A stretch of 64,000 nt of DNA from the IMG/VR virus record IMGVR_UViG_3300037524_002016, positions 1-64,000 of that record; one strand, given 5' to 3'. This document shows positions 47,001-55,958 of the stretch, piece by piece. Below the pieces are notes generated by a model. The model made no database searches, was not told where the DNA came from, and worked only from the letters and a program-made list of their open reading frames with translations. The DNA comes from a virus. The position numbers were made by a program, and so were the translations under genes. The stretch's first letter is position 1; every line of letters starts with the position of its first letter.

Positions 47001-50000
47001 CTGCATCAGTTTGTAGGCGACCTCAGATTGACGGTCACGAACTTCGCTGCGTCCCGTCATCTCGTTGACGATGTGAGTCAACTGAGATTCCAAGGTCCGG
47101 CCAAGGCCCTTCTGCCGGGCCCCCATGTGTTGGAAGAGGCCGACTGACTTGCCGTTATCTGGCGTCAGGTTCGGATCAAACTTGGCGTTCTCCTGAACCA
47201 CGTTGCCGGCCACTGCGGCGGCATCTGCCAAAGACAGGCCCAGGTTCTGCAGGACCTTGATGGACTGAACGATCTTTTCGGGGTCGGCGCCGTTGAAGTT
47301 CAGCTTGGCGGTGTCGATCTTCGGAGCCGCACCAGCGCGCACAGCCGGTATTGCCGCACCGAGAGTATCCCGGTACACCTGCCGAGTGGCCGGCCGGTCA
47401 GACCGCTCGATGTGCCACCCTTCGTGGTCCATGCGGAAGTTGAGACCGAACTGCTTGGCGTTCTCGTGGAACCACTTCTGCGTCTCGGCTGACTTGAACC
47501 GCATGTCCGCCGCTTCGCCCAGGTTGTGCTGGGAAAGCCCCGGAGGCGCCGCCCACTTCCGGGCCTCGGCACCGCGCTTGGCCTGGACCTGCTGGAAGAT
47601 GCGAACCTGCTCGTCATAGTCCCGAAAACCCGAATAGATCTCGGCTTTACCGGGTGCTGCCTGGATCATCTTGGCCAGGCGCTCAGCAAATTCCGGACTG
47701 AATTTATCGGCCCGATCCTTCTTGCTGGTGACCAATGCGCCGCGAATCACCTGCAGGCTTTCCGGGCTGGCCTGGGTTGCGCCACGCGTCGCCTGGTAGG
47801 CTTCCTGCCACTGAGCCTTGGACGGCAGGAAGTCCCGGCCCACAGGCGGTGCTTGGGTCCTGCTGCCTCCTGGCAACACCTGGCTCGGAGCCTGACCACC
47901 CATCACTTCCAGCAATTCGTCGACCGTCGGCAACTTGTTGACGTCGAAGGTCTTGCCGTAGCGCTCGAAGATCACCTTCATCGACTTGGCGAGTTCGCCG
48001 CTGGTGTCTTCCTTGAGCGCGACGGACAGTTGCTCCAGCCACCGTTGGGTGTCGGCGCGCAGGCGCTCGTTGGTCTGGTCGATCTCAAAATTCAGCCGAT
48101 CGGCCGTGCCGCTGAGAACGGAACGGGACTGCTCCAGTGCCGTCCGCTGCTCAGGCGGCAGGTAGTTGGGGTTGGCGACGCGGGCACCCCGGCCACCGGT
48201 GTAGGTGGCGGCCTGGTCCGCGGAGGCCTGCAGCCGGGTGTCGATCTCCTGGATCAACCGGGTGATCCGCTCAATCTCATCAACGCCGGTCAACTGCAGT
48301 TCGCTCAGGGCCTTGATCAGTTCGTCGCCCTTAAGCTTCATCAGCCGCTCGACTTCGCGGCCTGCTGCCTCGGCTCGTAGGCGCTTCTCGGCTTCCCGCA
48401 GATTCTCGACGGCTTCACCGGAACTGCGCTCGAAGACCCGGCGGTACACCTGGAGGATGGCGTTCGAAACCACCTGCAGGTCCGGCGAGTTGAAGTCCGG
48501 GTTGGTGATGATGGCGTCGGCCTCGGCGGCCAGTGCCTTGTTGTACTCGTCGATGGGGTGCTCGACGGCAAACCGGAGTTGCTTCAGGAGGTCGTCACGC
48601 GCGCCGATCACGGCCCGGGAGGAATCCCGGAACTGTGCCGCCATCTTGGAAAGCGTTTCATCTTGGCCGCGGTCGAATTCCTTGAAGGAGGTCAGCTTGG
48701 CCAGCCGGCTCATCAAGGTCTTGTGGGTCTGACCGAAAGCGTCAGTACCCTGCTCCGCCAGTTGCACGAGCAGCGTCCGGGCCTCGCCAATCTGGTCTTC
48801 ACGGACCTTGAACGATTTCCGCAGGGTGTTGTCGACGGCTTCCAGATTCGATTGGGCCGTCTGCACCAAGGCCGTCTGGCCCTTCTCATTGCCGGGGTCA
48901 ACCTGGGCAAACTGGTCCTTGATGCTGGCCAGTTGAGCCTTCTTCTTTTCCGCCTCGCCTTCGAGTGAATTCACCCGGTCAGCCAGGGTGTCGGCGTCCT
49001 CTTCCTTGAACAGGTCGATGAGGCTCAGGATGCTGGTGACAATGCCGATGATGAGGCCGATCAAGCCGGTGAAGCCGGCCAGACGGGGGCCCAGCAGCTT
49101 GGCGGCACCCCACATCCGCGACAGCCGCCCGGCGCCAGCAGCGACCGGGGCCAAGGATTCGCCAGCGCCACCCAACATCGTCGCAGCGGTACCGGCAGTG
49201 GCAGCGGCCGAAGCAGCCGGCTGCGCCGATTTGAACCACCGCGAGAAGATACCGCCCGATGCAGTAGACGTCGGTTTGTTCGTCTGCGTGGACGTGCTGG
49301 TCGGCGTGGTCTCGGTGGTCGTTTCCGGCACAATCCGAGTGGTTCTGAGATTCCGGGCCAGGACATTGAGGGACGCGTAGATGCTGGCCACGGCTCCAGC
49401 CAGACTCAGGGCCCGGCCAGTGCTTTCCTCGGGGGCCGCGGCTGTCGCAGCCGTACCAGCTCCGGCCGCAACCGCTGTGGTACCAAGGAACACCGCGGCC
49501 TTCTTGGCGAACGAGCCCTTGTACCCGGCCGTGACCGCGAGGCCGGTACCGACTGCGGCCTGCAGCACGGGCATGAAGCCGGCCGGACCACCCAGAGCCT
49601 TGGCCCGGGTGATGACATCGTCCAGCTTGGTGATCAGCTTGGTCAGGCCGTCCGTCCACCGCTCTAGGGTCTCGACCATCGGCCCGCCCAGGTTGGAGGT
49701 GACAGCAACGATGACAGCCTTCAGGTTGTTAAAACTCTTGGTGAGCGACTCCATTTGAGTCGTCGCGCCACGCGCCGCTGCGCCGCCAGAGGACAGGGCC
49801 GCCAGCTTTTCTTCGAGTTCGCCGAGGTTCGAGACCAGCGCGGCGATGGCGTTCTCACCTTCGACGTTGGCGAATGCGCCCTTGAAGTCGAAGGCGCCGG
49901 AACCACCCAGTCCCAGCCGCTGGTACTCGCGCAAGACCTCCAGGGGATTGCCGCCCTGGGCGTAGGCCAGGAACCGGGCCTTGATCTGCGGTGCGGTGAA

Positions 50001-52622
50001 CTGCTGACCCAGCGCGCGGTAGCGCTTCTGAAGAACCGCCGTCAGTTTCTCGTCCGGCGACAACAGGTCGATGACGGCCTGCCGGAAGTTGGTGGCGATG
50101 GTGGATTCTTTGAGGCCGGCGTTCCGGAGCACTGCGGCGGCGGCCAGGAACTGTTCGGCGGTGAAGCCGTATTCGCGGGCGGTTTGCGCACCTCGGCTGA
50201 CGATGGTGGTGAGACCTTCACCGGTCAGCTTGGAGATGTTGATCGCCTTGGTCAGGAGGTCAGCTGTCCGGGCGTCGCCCATCTTGCCGAACACGTCCTG
50301 CATCGTGGTGATGGTATCGGCTGCCGTCTCCAGTGTCGTCTCGGTCGCAGTGGCGTACTGGGCCACGCTCTTGAGCGAGGCGGCAATCTTCTCGGGCGCC
50401 ACACCGGCCTGCGACAGCACCTGGGCTGCCTTGGCCAACTCATCCGTGGAGAACGGCGTCTCCATGCTAGTGATGAGCCCGCGGACCGCCGCCGAGATGT
50501 TGTTGATCTGGCGGGTGGTAGCTTCGGAAACCGCCTGGACCGATTTCAGCTTGTCCTGGAAGCTGACAACGCTTTTGCCGAGCGCCGTGATGGCGTTCAG
50601 CATCGCATAGAGCGATCCATACTCCAGGGCGTAGCGCACGAACAGGCGGAAGGCCAGGCCCATCTGATGCAGGGCGCCGCGAAGACCCTCAGTTCGGGCT
50701 CGGGTATCGGAAAGGGCCTGCTGATGGTCGATAAGCGACCGGGAAGTTTCCCGGAATTGCGTGGTGTTCTGTTTGCCTTGACGAGAGAGTTGTTCCATTT
50801 CCTGGGACAACTCGCGCACCCGCGTCTTCAGGTACACATTGGCGGCTGGAAGCTCATCCGGACCCAGGTGACGGGTGCCTCCGAGACCGGTTCGCTGAAC
50901 CGCCTGTTGGCCGGCATCATAAACGGCAGGACGCTTGGTCTGTTCCCGGTTGAGTCGCTGCTGAATCTGCTCGGCTTCCCGCAGGCGCTTGGTATAGGAT
51001 GCGATCTTCTTATCGGCCGCGTCCCGGGCCTGGACATCCTCTTTCGACAAGGTGAGGTGAGCCTGCCGGAGCCGGCGCTGCTCAGATAGCGCGGTCTTCA
51101 GGGACTCGGTGTAGGTCAGCAGTTTCTGCTGGTCGACGATCTCCAATTTGCTGAGGTTGCCGATCTCGCGACGCCGGCGCAGAACATCACGCGTAGCTGT
51201 GAGCGAGGACTCTTCCAGCTTCGCGATCTGCTTCTGCCGGCGTTCAATGTCCACGCCGGAGCGTTGCCGATCCAAGGTCCGGACCTGGGTCTCGACGTCC
51301 TTGATGAGGGTCTGAGTTTGAACAAGGGCTTCGCGCGCCTGCGAGAGCGCCACCTGGTCGCCCGCCTTGCGTGCTTCCTGCAGGCGTTGCCGGAGAACGC
51401 TCTCCTCGTCCTTCAATTGCTGCTGGACCTGACGAGGGTCCTGCAACTGCTTGACGCCGCCGACCTGGGCAATGGTTCGGCGAGCTTCCAGCCCGGACTC
51501 GGTCCCGGTGCGAAGGTAGTTCGCCATCTCCTGCTCGCGCCGGAGACTCTTGCTGCTGACCCGCTGCAGCGTTTCCTCGACCTTTCGCAGTTCCTGGATA
51601 TAGATCGCGGCCTTGTTGATGGCCTTCTGCAGGGACTCCTCGACCACCGTGGTCGTGTTGCGGTGGGTCTTGGCCAGGCTGTTCTGTTCCTGGATCGCTT
51701 GCTGGATCGACGTCCGATAGGCCTGCAGGGTGGTCTTGTCCTGTGGGCCGGCTGTCGCCAGATCGCCCAGGCCAGCCCGACGCTGCAGCATCTCCAGGCG
51801 GGCGGCGCGGGCCGATTTTTCGGCCTGTTCGATCTTTTCCCTTTCCTTGGTCTGGGCCGTGCCAGCGCGTTCGTCCACGTCGGCCTTGGCCGCCTGCCGG
51901 AATGCCCGTTCGCCTGGGGCCACCACGTTCCGTTCCATGGTGGCGATGAAGGCGTCGAACTGCGGGGAGATGATCTTCTGGCCATCGATCAGGCCTTTGG
52001 CCAACTGGTCGCTGGCGGTCTTAAAGGCCTGTAGCCGGCGCCGGATCAGCGCCTGCATGCGGGCGATGATCTCCCGCTCGGAAGCCTCGAACTTCTTCAG
52101 GTCAAAGCCGCTGGCGGTCCACCGGCTGTAGAGGTCCATGGCCCTGGCCCGGGCCTTCTCATCGCCAAATTCCCCGAGATCCTTAACGTTGGCACCGAAG
52201 GCCTTCAGATCATCCAGGTTGGTGTTGCCGCTCAGGGCGACCAGTAGTGCTTGGGCGTCTTTGGCGGCCTGTTGGCGCTCAGGTGTAATGGCGTTGTCCA
52301 GGCCCTTCTGCGCATAAGTCTTCTTGCGCTTGGTGGCCGTGTCATCGGCCAGGGTCTTGCGCCACTGCTCGATCTTGGCGGCCGGCGTAGGTGCGGCTTC
52401 GATGATGCCAGACAGCCTTTGCAGTTCCGTCGCGATGTCGGTCTTGAACTGGTCCAAATTGAACCCGGGCTCAATGTCGATCGGCAGGACCTGAGGCGGC
52501 AACTTCATGCCCTTCATGGTCGCCGCGACCATCTTGTTGACCTGGTTGTCAAATGCTTTGCTGTCGACCTTGTTCAGGCCAAGCAACACATCGACAAGAA
52601 GTTTGACGTCAATTTGAGCCAT
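44013..52622 (-). CDS. tape measure protein with M15 peptidase and tail-lysozyme domains
   Basis: 2869 aa, helical; TP901-like core; SGFR...Q...APPG.SQH..G.AAD...HEGWH; AA..GN..QE...GLFQ; C-terminal FA.GG...G.GT.TSDSIPA.L. Confidence 0.92.
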   Translation of the reverse strand: MAQIDVKLLVDVLLGLNKVDSKAFDNQVNKMVAATMKGMKLPPQVLPIDIEPGFNLDQFKTDIATELQRLSGIIEAAPTPAAKIEQWRKTLADDTATKRKKTYAQKGLDNAITPERQQAAKDAQALLVALSGNTNLDDLKAFGANVKDLGEFGDEKARARAMDLYSRWTASGFDLKKFEASEREIIARMQALIRRRLQAFKTASDQLAKGLIDGQKIISPQFDAFIATMERNVVAPGERAFRQAAKADVDERAGTAQTKEREKIEQAEKSARAARLEMLQRRAGLGDLATAGPQDKTTLQAYRTSIQQAIQEQNSLAKTHRNTTTVVEESLQKAINKAAIYIQELRKVEETLQRVSSKSLRREQEMANYLRTGTESGLEARRTIAQVGGVKQLQDPRQVQQQLKDEESVLRQRLQEARKAGDQVALSQAREALVQTQTLIKDVETQVRTLDRQRSGVDIERRQKQIAKLEESSLTATRDVLRRRREIGNLSKLEIVDQQKLLTYTESLKTALSEQRRLRQAHLTLSKEDVQARDAADKKIASYTKRLREAEQIQQRLNREQTKRPAVYDAGQQAVQRTGLGGTRHLGPDELPAANVYLKTRVRELSQEMEQLSRQGKQNTTQFRETSRSLIDHQQALSDTRARTEGLRGALHQMGLAFRLFVRYALEYGSLYAMLNAITALGKSVVSFQDKLKSVQAVSEATTRQINNISAAVRGLITSMETPFSTDELAKAAQVLSQAGVAPEKIAASLKSVAQYATATETTLETAADTITTMQDVFGKMGDARTADLLTKAINISKLTGEGLTTIVSRGAQTAREYGFTAEQFLAAAAVLRNAGLKESTIATNFRQAVIDLLSPDEKLTAVLQKRYRALGQQFTAPQIKARFLAYAQGGNPLEVLREYQRLGLGGSGAFDFKGAFANVEGENAIAALVSNLGELEEKLAALSSGGAAARGATTQMESLTKSFNNLKAVIVAVTSNLGGPMVETLERWTDGLTKLITKLDDVITRAKALGGPAGFMPVLQAAVGTGLAVTAGYKGSFAKKAAVFLGTTAVAAGAGTAATAAAPEESTGRALSLAGAVASIYASLNVLARNLRTTRIVPETTTETTPTSTSTQTNKPTSTASGGIFSRWFKSAQPAASAAATAGTAATMLGGAGESLAPVAAGAGRLSRMWGAAKLLGPRLAGFTGLIGLIIGIVTSILSLIDLFKEEDADTLADRVNSLEGEAEKKKAQLASIKDQFAQVDPGNEKGQTALVQTAQSNLEAVDNTLRKSFKVREDQIGEARTLLVQLAEQGTDAFGQTHKTLMSRLAKLTSFKEFDRGQDETLSKMAAQFRDSSRAVIGARDDLLKQLRFAVEHPIDEYNKALAAEADAIITNPDFNSPDLQVVSNAILQVYRRVFERSSGEAVENLREAEKRLRAEAAGREVERLMKLKGDELIKALSELQLTGVDEIERITRLIQEIDTRLQASADQAATYTGGRGARVANPNYLPPEQRTALEQSRSVLSGTADRLNFEIDQTNERLRADTQRWLEQLSVALKEDTSGELAKSMKVIFERYGKTFDVNKLPTVDELLEVMGGQAPSQVLPGGSRTQAPPVGRDFLPSKAQWQEAYQATRGATQASPESLQVIRGALVTSKKDRADKFSPEFAERLAKMIQAAPGKAEIYSGFRDYDEQVRIFQQVQAKRGAEARKWAAPPGLSQHNLGEAADMRFKSAETQKWFHENAKQFGLNFRMDHEGWHIERSDRPATRQVYRDTLGAAIPAVRAGAAPKIDTAKLNFNGADPEKIVQSIKVLQNLGLSLADAAAVAGNVVQENAKFDPNLTPDNGKSVGLFQHMGARQKGLGRTLESQLTHIVNEMTGRSEVRDRQSEVAYKLMQRAQSVEDKAVIFAKYVERAGDPQTQKRQMYAQNAYLLATQQGAQQAPAARERLAESSFLTTLKKTVTEASVLAANQRQADIDQLRRPFVEPVETMRQRELADIRVQSAVAKRDWVGLFGQGSSYLNPDTNLDDVRAQLVAPQSALADLAKVELRLAQERVDYAKRTQKRSENLPVSDEERRTLAENVVKAEIELEKTTRRLADQRLSQEAAYDRFVRERGPQALRLYPKPFVGAEVRSQIAEAEKKKDYTALLGPTPQPLDTQLGLDEVVKQLLQAKGLLGQIAREQLAIADANVQKAQARLTEYENTVKAVPSQANPATEAQRKNDVVQTISARESAIRKLAEQRLEIEDKRRRELVATNLETLAKEVEAAKRSYEFAAQGLYNTAEVEKHQETYIRLLERQADAQYEKDLLDNNNRELAQKEWQARKQLVENERRVFLANRIDREERRYQQGISTITQPEDIYRTGMGLEITPERRREQIVSEQLLTERSIQEKIRLRDEAIRTQGADSTAVINLNNRLRELGQRFAELSAESDRLNMSFTQALAEGFSADRLRDALRRNLGTMFDMAANIADEFGAATRRVADALGAAMFQTKQKTVSERSDSTEEWSVEPNTVGTVGPARGDIYTKGDTSRFKLRRTRQTTTSSSSPNAEGTAGTFEQIGRDLLSGISSQIYKGIFGSLAESILGGFTGKGGAKGQGGEPGVKEASEQAFTGIADTFKNGFGAVEKSVTGFLNGNNGFFSTLASVLIGGLGGIVNAVGGLFSGGGGIVNAVGGLFSGGGGSSGAGIFSSIVGLFARDGAVLNELPAGKPLGKFATGKVLDEVQVAAEPVLAKFAGGGLTRGVGGIIKGKGTPTSDSIPALLTQGRTVKGYIAVSTEEAILNAKATKMLGPDFINRVNRGALQGKFARGGMLSGAPSTSSQSGYNGSPVDVQIIDQRSASAPDMEVQRRKQPGGKEELRVFVREAMKSEFSSGSMDRTHAVNMGTRRPPIRR
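44648..44738. repeat. exact 42-bp tandem duplication in the tape measure (GGIVNAVGGLFSGG x2)
   Basis: Identical units at 44648 and 44690. Confidence 0.9.
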
Positions 52623-52626
52623 GGTC

Positions 52627-53211
52627 TTATCCGTTCATCATCTTGAAGAAGTCGGCGGGGTTATCCACCGTCGTGGTATTGGCGTCGTCCGCCGGCTTGT
52701 CGTCTTCAGCGTAGTGGCCGCCCATTCCGTAGAGGACGGCCTCGAACTGATAGGTGTGCTCCTCGATCACACGGAGGAGGTAGCTGTTCACCATCTCCAG
52801 CACGTCGTCGCGGTCGACCTGGGCGTAATAGAACTCGGCCCGGGCATAGTCGTAGCGGCACATCTGCAGCAGCAGATCCGTGATTGGAATTTTTTCGAGG
52901 ATGGCAGCCTGGAACGAGGTGCCCAGACTCTTTTTCGGGGGCGGCTTGTCCGGGTCCGAAGGCGCTTTGTCGTCCTTCAGCGCGGCTTGCAGCTTTTCAT
53001 CGAACTGCCGGATGTCGTCCGGCGTCGGATTCGGCACGCCACAGCACTCCCGCAGCACCGTGACCAGAGCACCAGCCACGGCATCGTGCAGGGCGTCCGG
53101 CTCCAGCTCTGCCTCGGTGATGTCCTTGAACAGTGCGAACGCCCGTTCGTAGGCCAGCAGCGGCAAGACGAGATGGCGACCGTAGCGGCGCTGATAAAAC
53201 AGAGAGGCCAT
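52627..53211 (-). CDS. tail assembly chaperone
   Basis: Position between tail tube and tape measure. Confidence 0.65.
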   Translation of the reverse strand: MASLFYQRRYGRHLVLPLLAYERAFALFKDITEAELEPDALHDAVAGALVTVLRECCGVPNPTPDDIRQFDEKLQAALKDDKAPSDPDKPPPKKSLGTSFQAAILEKIPITDLLLQMCRYDYARAEFYYAQVDRDDVLEMVNSYLLRVIEEHTYQFEAVLYGMGGHYAEDDKPADDANTTTVDNPADFFKMMNG

Positions 53212-53225
53212 GCCGTTTTCTCAAC

Positions 53226-53249
53226 AAAAAGGCGGCCCGAAGGCCGCCT
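53226..53249 (-). terminator. intrinsic terminator after the tail tube gene
   Basis: Minus strand AGGCGGCC-TTCG-GGCCGCC-TTTTT. Confidence 0.85.
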
Positions 53250-53277
53250 CGTATCCGTCTCGGGAGCGGAGTGGGGA

Positions 53278-54099
53278 TCAGACTGCGCCGCCGGCGAACA
53301 TTCCCGTGGGGTGGCTGGGGATGATGTCCCGCAGGTGGTAGAGCGGATCGTTGCTGGTGGCGTACTCGGAGTCGGTCGGACGGTTGATTTTCAGTTCCAG
53401 CGCGGTGGAGGCAAAGTCCCGGGGGTTGTTGCCGAGCGACATACCGGTGCCGATGGAGGCCTTCCAGAAGTGGAAGACCTGCGGTACGCCGGACGCCTGG
53501 TCCACCATGACGATGGAGACCGAGAAGTATTGGGTCTGGGTGATACCGCCGATCGAAACCGGGTGGGCCTTGACGCACTTGACGGTGCTGGCCGTGCCAT
53601 TCAATGCCGTGGTCAGGCCGAGGGTCAGGGTCAGGTCGTTGCCGTTCTTGGAAGCGACGCGGTCGATCGTCACGGACTCGGGATCGCCTTCCTTGTAGAG
53701 CGCGACAATGTCGTTGGCGGCGAAAGCCGTGCCGGAGGCCACCGTGACCACGGTTGCACCGAGAATGCTGTTGGAGGTGACGGTCGTCGAAGCAGCCGTC
53801 GGCTCGCTGGCCAGATCACCCACGCCCATGCCGAGCAGCATCTTGATGTTACGGCGAGAGTACTCGCGGAGGTTGCCCTTGACGGTAGCGGTCTGGGAAA
53901 TAACGGCGGTGGCGACCGGGGTCGGCGGATAGCCGCCCATCAGGTCGACGGACTCCTGGGCCACTTCGGTCGACACGTCATCGACGAGACCGATGGAGTG
54001 GGCACTGGAGTGCTTCATGGCGAGGGTCATCGGCGCTACCCGAACTTCCGCGGTGCCGATGGGGAACTTGGTGGTTTTGGCTGAGCCGAGATTCGACAT
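53278..54099 (-). CDS. major tail (tube) protein
   Basis: Synteny, beta-rich composition, strong codon bias, own promoter and terminator. Confidence 0.75.
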   Translation of the reverse strand: MSNLGSAKTTKFPIGTAEVRVAPMTLAMKHSSAHSIGLVDDVSTEVAQESVDLMGGYPPTPVATAVISQTATVKGNLREYSRRNIKMLLGMGVGDLASEPTAASTTVTSNSILGATVVTVASGTAFAANDIVALYKEGDPESVTIDRVASKNGNDLTLTLGLTTALNGTASTVKCVKAHPVSIGGITQTQYFSVSIVMVDQASGVPQVFHFWKASIGTGMSLGNNPRDFASTALELKINRPTDSEYATSNDPLYHLRDIIPSHPTGMFAGGAV

Positions 54100-54134
54100 C
54101 TGCGTAGTCTCATAGGTAGGTTGAGGATACGCAG

Positions 54135-54162
54135 ATTATACCCACGACGTGGGTAGACGCAA
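54135..54162 (-). promoter_or_regulatory. sigma70-like promoter with a perfect palindrome in the spacer
   Basis: TTGCGT-N16-TATAAT; TACCCAC-N3-GTGGGTA (54139-54155). Confidence 0.7.
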
Positions 54163-54173
54163 CACCTATTGTG

Positions 54174-54968
54174 CTAGGTCGTGGCTTTTAAATGACGCTC
54201 CAAGTCGCGTCCCCAGGCTGCGGCCAGTTCAGGCAATAGCGGACGATACAGTTGGGGTCTTTTTTCGCCTGGAACCTCACCGAACATGAGACGCTCTAGC
54301 GGTTCCTGAGCTTTCCATTCGCGCCCGGCCAAGCCCGGCCGCGAGGGGGTGCCGGTCACATAGGATTGCCGAACCAGGCCATCCAGAGGCAATGGCAGCT
54401 TGACCAGGTCGAAGCCCATTTCGACTAAGACGTCGACGGTACCTGGCTGTGGGCGCGCTGCCAACGGCAGTCCGTAGCGTTTGTACTCCTTGGTCACGCT
54501 GACAGGCTTCACCCGGCTACCGGATTCTACATACCCGCGGCGCGCGATCTTGGGGTCGCCAATGGGTTTGGCCGCGCCTTTGGTGGCCAGCGCCACGGCA
54601 ACGGCCCGGGCCATGGCACCGGTGCGCTGCTTGTGGCGGTGAGAGTAACCCTGTTTAACCTTGCGATACAGGTAATACTGGTTCAGTTCTTCCCAGGGGG
54701 TGGAAAATTCCACTGTCGGATTGGCCGGTGGCCCAAACTTCTTGGAACCCACCGCGGCTGCGGCCCCACCTGGGGCATTCTCAAGAGCGGCAGTCAGCGC
54801 TCGCAGCGAACTCTCGTAGTGCTCGCGGATGTGCTTCAGGTACACCGGCCGTTGTTCCTTGGCGGCCTTGGTCGCCAAGTGCGACGCCATCATGCCGTCA
54901 TTCTGGACGGCCTCCAGCACGGTCACCGACAGTTTGCCGCGAGCCTTGAGCCCTCTGAAATTAGCCAT
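54174..54968 (-). CDS. basic neck / tail-completion protein
   Basis: Synteny; W..L...Y...K...RTG.M...RP motif typical of virion morphogenesis proteins. Confidence 0.6.
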   Translation of the reverse strand: MANFRGLKARGKLSVTVLEAVQNDGMMASHLATKAAKEQRPVYLKHIREHYESSLRALTAALENAPGGAAAAVGSKKFGPPANPTVEFSTPWEELNQYYLYRKVKQGYSHRHKQRTGAMARAVAVALATKGAAKPIGDPKIARRGYVESGSRVKPVSVTKEYKRYGLPLAARPQPGTVDVLVEMGFDLVKLPLPLDGLVRQSYVTGTPSRPGLAGREWKAQEPLERLMFGEVPGEKRPQLYRPLLPELAAAWGRDLERHLKATT

Positions 54969-55416
54969 AAGACACTGCCTTGCCGGCCACCGAGGCCATG
55001 CGGAAACTGGAGGTGCGATCCATCAACTGCGGGTCCACCCGGGCGTCCTGCATCAGCAGGTAGCCGCACACGGGACCCGGATCGGCGCCGGAATAGTCCC
55101 GGATGTCGAGGCGCGGCGAGGTCTCGATGGCCGTCTTGAGTTTGCCGGCCAGGGCCAGAATGTTGTAACTGCTGGGGTCGGACATGCCCACGGCACCCAC
55201 CGAGAACACCACGGTGTTCATGGAGCCGAACCGGTCTTCGGATTCGAGCCGCAGGAATTCCCAGGCAATGGCCGGTTCCTCGGTCGCCATAATGGCTTCC
55301 AACTGGGTGGGATCATCGAGATCGAACACAGGCGGCGGCGGGGTGGCGATCGTGGCGGCCATGTCATAGAGAAAGCGGTCGAGGGTGGACTTCACGGCCA
55401 GGAGAAAGTTGCTCAT
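54961..55416 (-). CDS. tail terminator-like protein
   Basis: Acidic 151-aa protein; synteny. Confidence 0.55.
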   Translation of the reverse strand: MSNFLLAVKSTLDRFLYDMAATIATPPPPVFDLDDPTQLEAIMATEEPAIAWEFLRLESEDRFGSMNTVVFSVGAVGMSDPSSYNILALAGKLKTAIETSPRLDIRDYSGADPGPVCGYLLMQDARVDPQLMDRTSSFRMASVAGKAVSYG

Positions 55417-55958
55417 CGCTTCACAGCCTCAACCACAAACAGGTGGTTTTCCTTCAGCACATTGCGGATATCGAAGGTCATGCCGGCAACCTTGACCAGG
55501 TGGTCGACCCCCAGCGTGGTGTCTCCCGGAAAATAGAAAACCACCTGATTGAACTCGCCGGTTGGCAGGGTGGAGTTCACCGAATCCGTCCGCTCATAAT
55601 CGCAAGGCACGGTCGTCGCCAGGGTCTCCACCGGCGCCCGGCGCGCGCCGGAAGCCGCAGTCGTGGTGGCGAGCGTGTAAATCTCCGCCGTGTAGGGCGC
55701 CGGCCGCAGGTGGTGTACAAATCCATGGGAGGTGTAATCCGGTTCGATGTTGTACAAGAGATAGAGACGACCATCCGGACCGCGCAGACGGTGGACGATC
55801 GGGTCCAGGGCAGTCGGGGCAATCAGTTGTCGGTAGGGTTGGGAGCGCTCCAGGGACGCGCGGAGACTGCCGACCAGAATGTCAGGTTGCCACCGGCTGG
55901 ATGCAAAGCCTTCGAAGCGATCGGTGCTGAGCTTTTGGATGACCCGGTTCAGGTTCAT
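55413..55958 (-). CDS. head-closure / stopper-like protein
   Basis: Synteny; C-terminal D.LV.V.G..F.I..V pattern. Confidence 0.55.
   Translation of the reverse strand: MNLNRVIQKLSTDRFEGFASSRWQPDILVGSLRASLERSQPYRQLIAPTALDPIVHRLRGPDGRLYLLYNIEPDYTSHGFVHHLRPAPYTAEIYTLATTTAASGARRAPVETLATTVPCDYERTDSVNSTLPTGEFNQVVFYFPGDTTLGVDHLVKVAGMTFDIRNVLKENHLFVVEAVKR

Noticed and set aside
52880-52945. Programmed -1 frameshift in the tail assembly chaperone
   Set aside because: A-runs exist, but the single ORF already reaches the tape measure start, so no frameshift is needed
17194-54084. Long antisense ORFs (e.g. 17194-18645, 26355-27716, 49755-51089, 52621-54084)
   Set aside because: Shadow frames of GC3-rich genes on the opposite strand, with no motifs of their own
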